Origin: Rickettsiaceae bacterium
Lineage (GTDB): Bacteria; Pseudomonadota; Alphaproteobacteria; Rickettsiales; Rickettsiaceae
Direction: 5' to 3'
Assembly (NCBI GenBank): GCA_043766875.1
Contig: JAYUHP010000065.1
Location: 1-35,068, forward strand
Length of the DNA stretch: 35,068 nt
Below, one piece after another: positions 33,642-35,068 of the stretch. A program made the position numbers and the translations under genes. A model generated the notes under the pieces. The model saw only the letters and a list, made by a program, of their open reading frames with translations, was not told the DNA's origin and made no database searches. Each line of letters opens with the position of its first letter. Position 1 is the first letter of the stretch.

Positions 33642-35068
33642 TTAAATTGAAAATGGAATTTCAATTATAAAGGCAGAACTATTATCTGGCAAAGATTTAC
33701 TTATAATGTTACCATGATGCATTCTGATTATCCCAGTCGCTAAGGCCAAACCTATACCATGTGCTGGATTATTTGGTAAATAATTCACTTCTCTGCCATT
33801 ATCGATTATAGACAACAAATATTTATTTTTGCCTTGAGAGAGATCAATTTTAATGTTATCGCTGCTTTTGGAACGGCGTACAGCATTTTCAAGCAATTTA
33901 CCTATAACCTTCCTGATCATATTTTTATCACCTCTACATGGCGCATTTGATAATTTATACTCAGGAACAAAGAAGAGTTCTTTATCCTCTAATTTTACAG
34001 CCCATTCCTTCATTGCATCTTTTAGCAGTTTGACCAGATCAAATTTTTCTTTCTTAAATTTTGCATATCCAGAATTGATCGAGGTGAGTTCTATTGCATC
34101 ATCTACAAAGCAGGATAAATCTTTTGCCGCACTTACTATATCATTCAAATATTCCATTTGTTTTGCTGACATATCTCCGAAATGCTGTTCCAGTAGCAAT
34201 TGAGACATCCCCATTATTGATGTAAGTGGGCTCCTGAGTTCATATGAGATACTTCCTAGAAATTGTGATTTTATGTTATCAGCTTTCTCTAGGGCTTTAT
34301 TTCGCTCTGCCAAGGAATTTTGGGCTGCAAACGAGTCTGTAACATCTAAATCAGATAACAAAATGGCGCCATCTGGTAATGGTATCATGATTCTGTGAAT
34401 TACTTTACCATCATCACATTTGATAGTGCGTTTTGTAGGGGTACGTGAGGATATAACATTTGCGAAATCTGTCTTATATGAGCCCAATCTTTTCTTACTC
34501 TTTGCACTACCTGAGATTTTTTCTAAAATATCTAATAAACGTAGCTTTTTCTCAAGTGGATTGTTGCTTACTCCCCATAGCTTTGTCATTTTAGTATTGA
34601 GCAGCTCTATTTCACCATTCTCATTGAATACGCAAATTCCCTCTTGAAGATTATCAATGGTAGATTTCTGAACTTCTGTAAGCGTTTTATAAAGGCTCTC
34701 CAGAGTTAACCTGTCCGTTATATCTTCATAGGTAAATAATATCCCATTCCCTGGATGTGGAATTGCTACTCCACGAAGACATACACCGTTTGGAAGATAA
34801 AATAAATCCTCTCTAGGTGAGGTTAATTGAGTAAATAAATTTGTCCGTTCTTTTTTGAATTTGGCATAATTAGATTGCTCGGGAAGTTTGCGCTTTGCAT
34901 ATAAATGATCCAGAATTTGCTCGTGAGTAGTCTCGCTATTCAAGATTTCTTCATCTGGACCCCAGAATTTCACGAAAGCTCTATTATAGAACTTCAATTT
35001 TTTATCCTGTCCTATAATCATACATGCATAAGAAGAGCTTTCCAAAACGTTTTTATGAGACTCTCTCA
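33642..35068 (-). CDS. divL: DivL-like PAS sensor histidine-kinase homolog with Tyr at the phospho-acceptor position (5' end outside window)
   Basis: PAS-like repeats, then a DHp H-box reading FLGSISYELRSPLTSI (TAT codon at 34242-34244, where His is expected). N box LLENAVRRS, degenerate G1 (IIDNGRE) and G2 GIGLAL. The reading frame stays open to the window end, so the TTG at 35045 is not the true start. Confidence 0.6.
   Translation of the reverse strand, partial: RESHKNVLESSSYACMIIGQDKKLKFYNRAFVKFWGPDEEILNSETTHEQILDHLYAKRKLPEQSNYAKFKKERTNLFTQLTSPREDLFYLPNGVCLRGVAIPHPGNGILFTYEDITDRLTLESLYKTLTEVQKSTIDNLQEGICVFNENGEIELLNTKMTKLWGVSNNPLEKKLRLLDILEKISGSAKSKKRLGSYKTDFANVISSRTPTKRTIKCDDGKVIHRIMIPLPDGAILLSDLDVTDSFAAQNSLAERNKALEKADNIKSQFLGSISYELRSPLTSIMGMSQLLLEQHFGDMSAKQMEYLNDIVSAAKDLSCFVDDAIELTSINSGYAKFKKEKFDLVKLLKDAMKEWAVKLEDKELFFVPEYKLSNAPCRGDKNMIRKVIGKLLENAVRRSKSSDNIKIDLSQGKNKYLLSIIDNGREVNYLPNNPAHGIGLALATGIIRMHHGNIISKSLPDNSSAFIIEIPFSI

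Noticed and set aside
1-35068. CRISPR arrays, IS elements or transposases, prophage genes, rRNA genes, and long tandem or dispersed repeats.
   Set aside because: None was recognisable by eye on either strand. The only repetitive stretch is the compositionally biased virD4 tail, which is not an exact tandem repeat.

Overview
This window looks like a low-GC alphaproteobacterial chromosome segment. Gene content and order fit a Rickettsiales/Holosporales-like intracellular or amoeba-associated bacterium, but the taxon cannot be proven from the sequence alone. I support 35 protein-coding genes (one cut by the right edge) and 2 tRNAs (Leu-UAA, Cys-GCA). I saw no rRNA, CRISPR array, IS element or prophage. 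The housekeeping backbone is pdhA, ppx, tsaB, a phosphohexomutase, anmK, an Nfu-type Fe-S scaffold, xerD, parE, ctpA, a yibQ-like gene, rppH, lolCD, proS and tsaE. Accessory blocks interrupt it. (1) A Rickettsiales-vir-homolog-like half T4SS operon, virB8-virB9-virB10-virB11-virD4 (8407->2548, minus strand). Its VirB9 has only the N-terminal domain, its VirB10 has a long T/A/Q-rich insertion, and its VirD4 has a 156-aa hyper-acidic tail ending in a polylysine tip. (2) Next to the T4SS lie a secreted trypsin-like protease and a two-gene operon: an unknown 436-aa protein with a zincin-like QELGH motif, plus a class-3 lipase. Both operon products have basic C-termini, so they are candidate T4SS substrates. 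(3) A class II Fic protein sits between the two tRNA genes. (4) A roughly 4.1 kb island lies between rppH and lolD. It carries a class D (OXA-like) beta-lactamase apparently co-transcribed with an ankyrin-repeat gene, a GNAT-fusion protein, a second ankyrin gene and a divergent TetR regulator with palindromic operator candidates. (5) At the right end is a DivL-like PAS sensor kinase homolog with Tyr in place of the phospho-acceptor His, followed by tsaE and a 12-TM protein with heme-copper-oxidase-like His motifs. All function calls come from motif recognition by eye. No database search was run.
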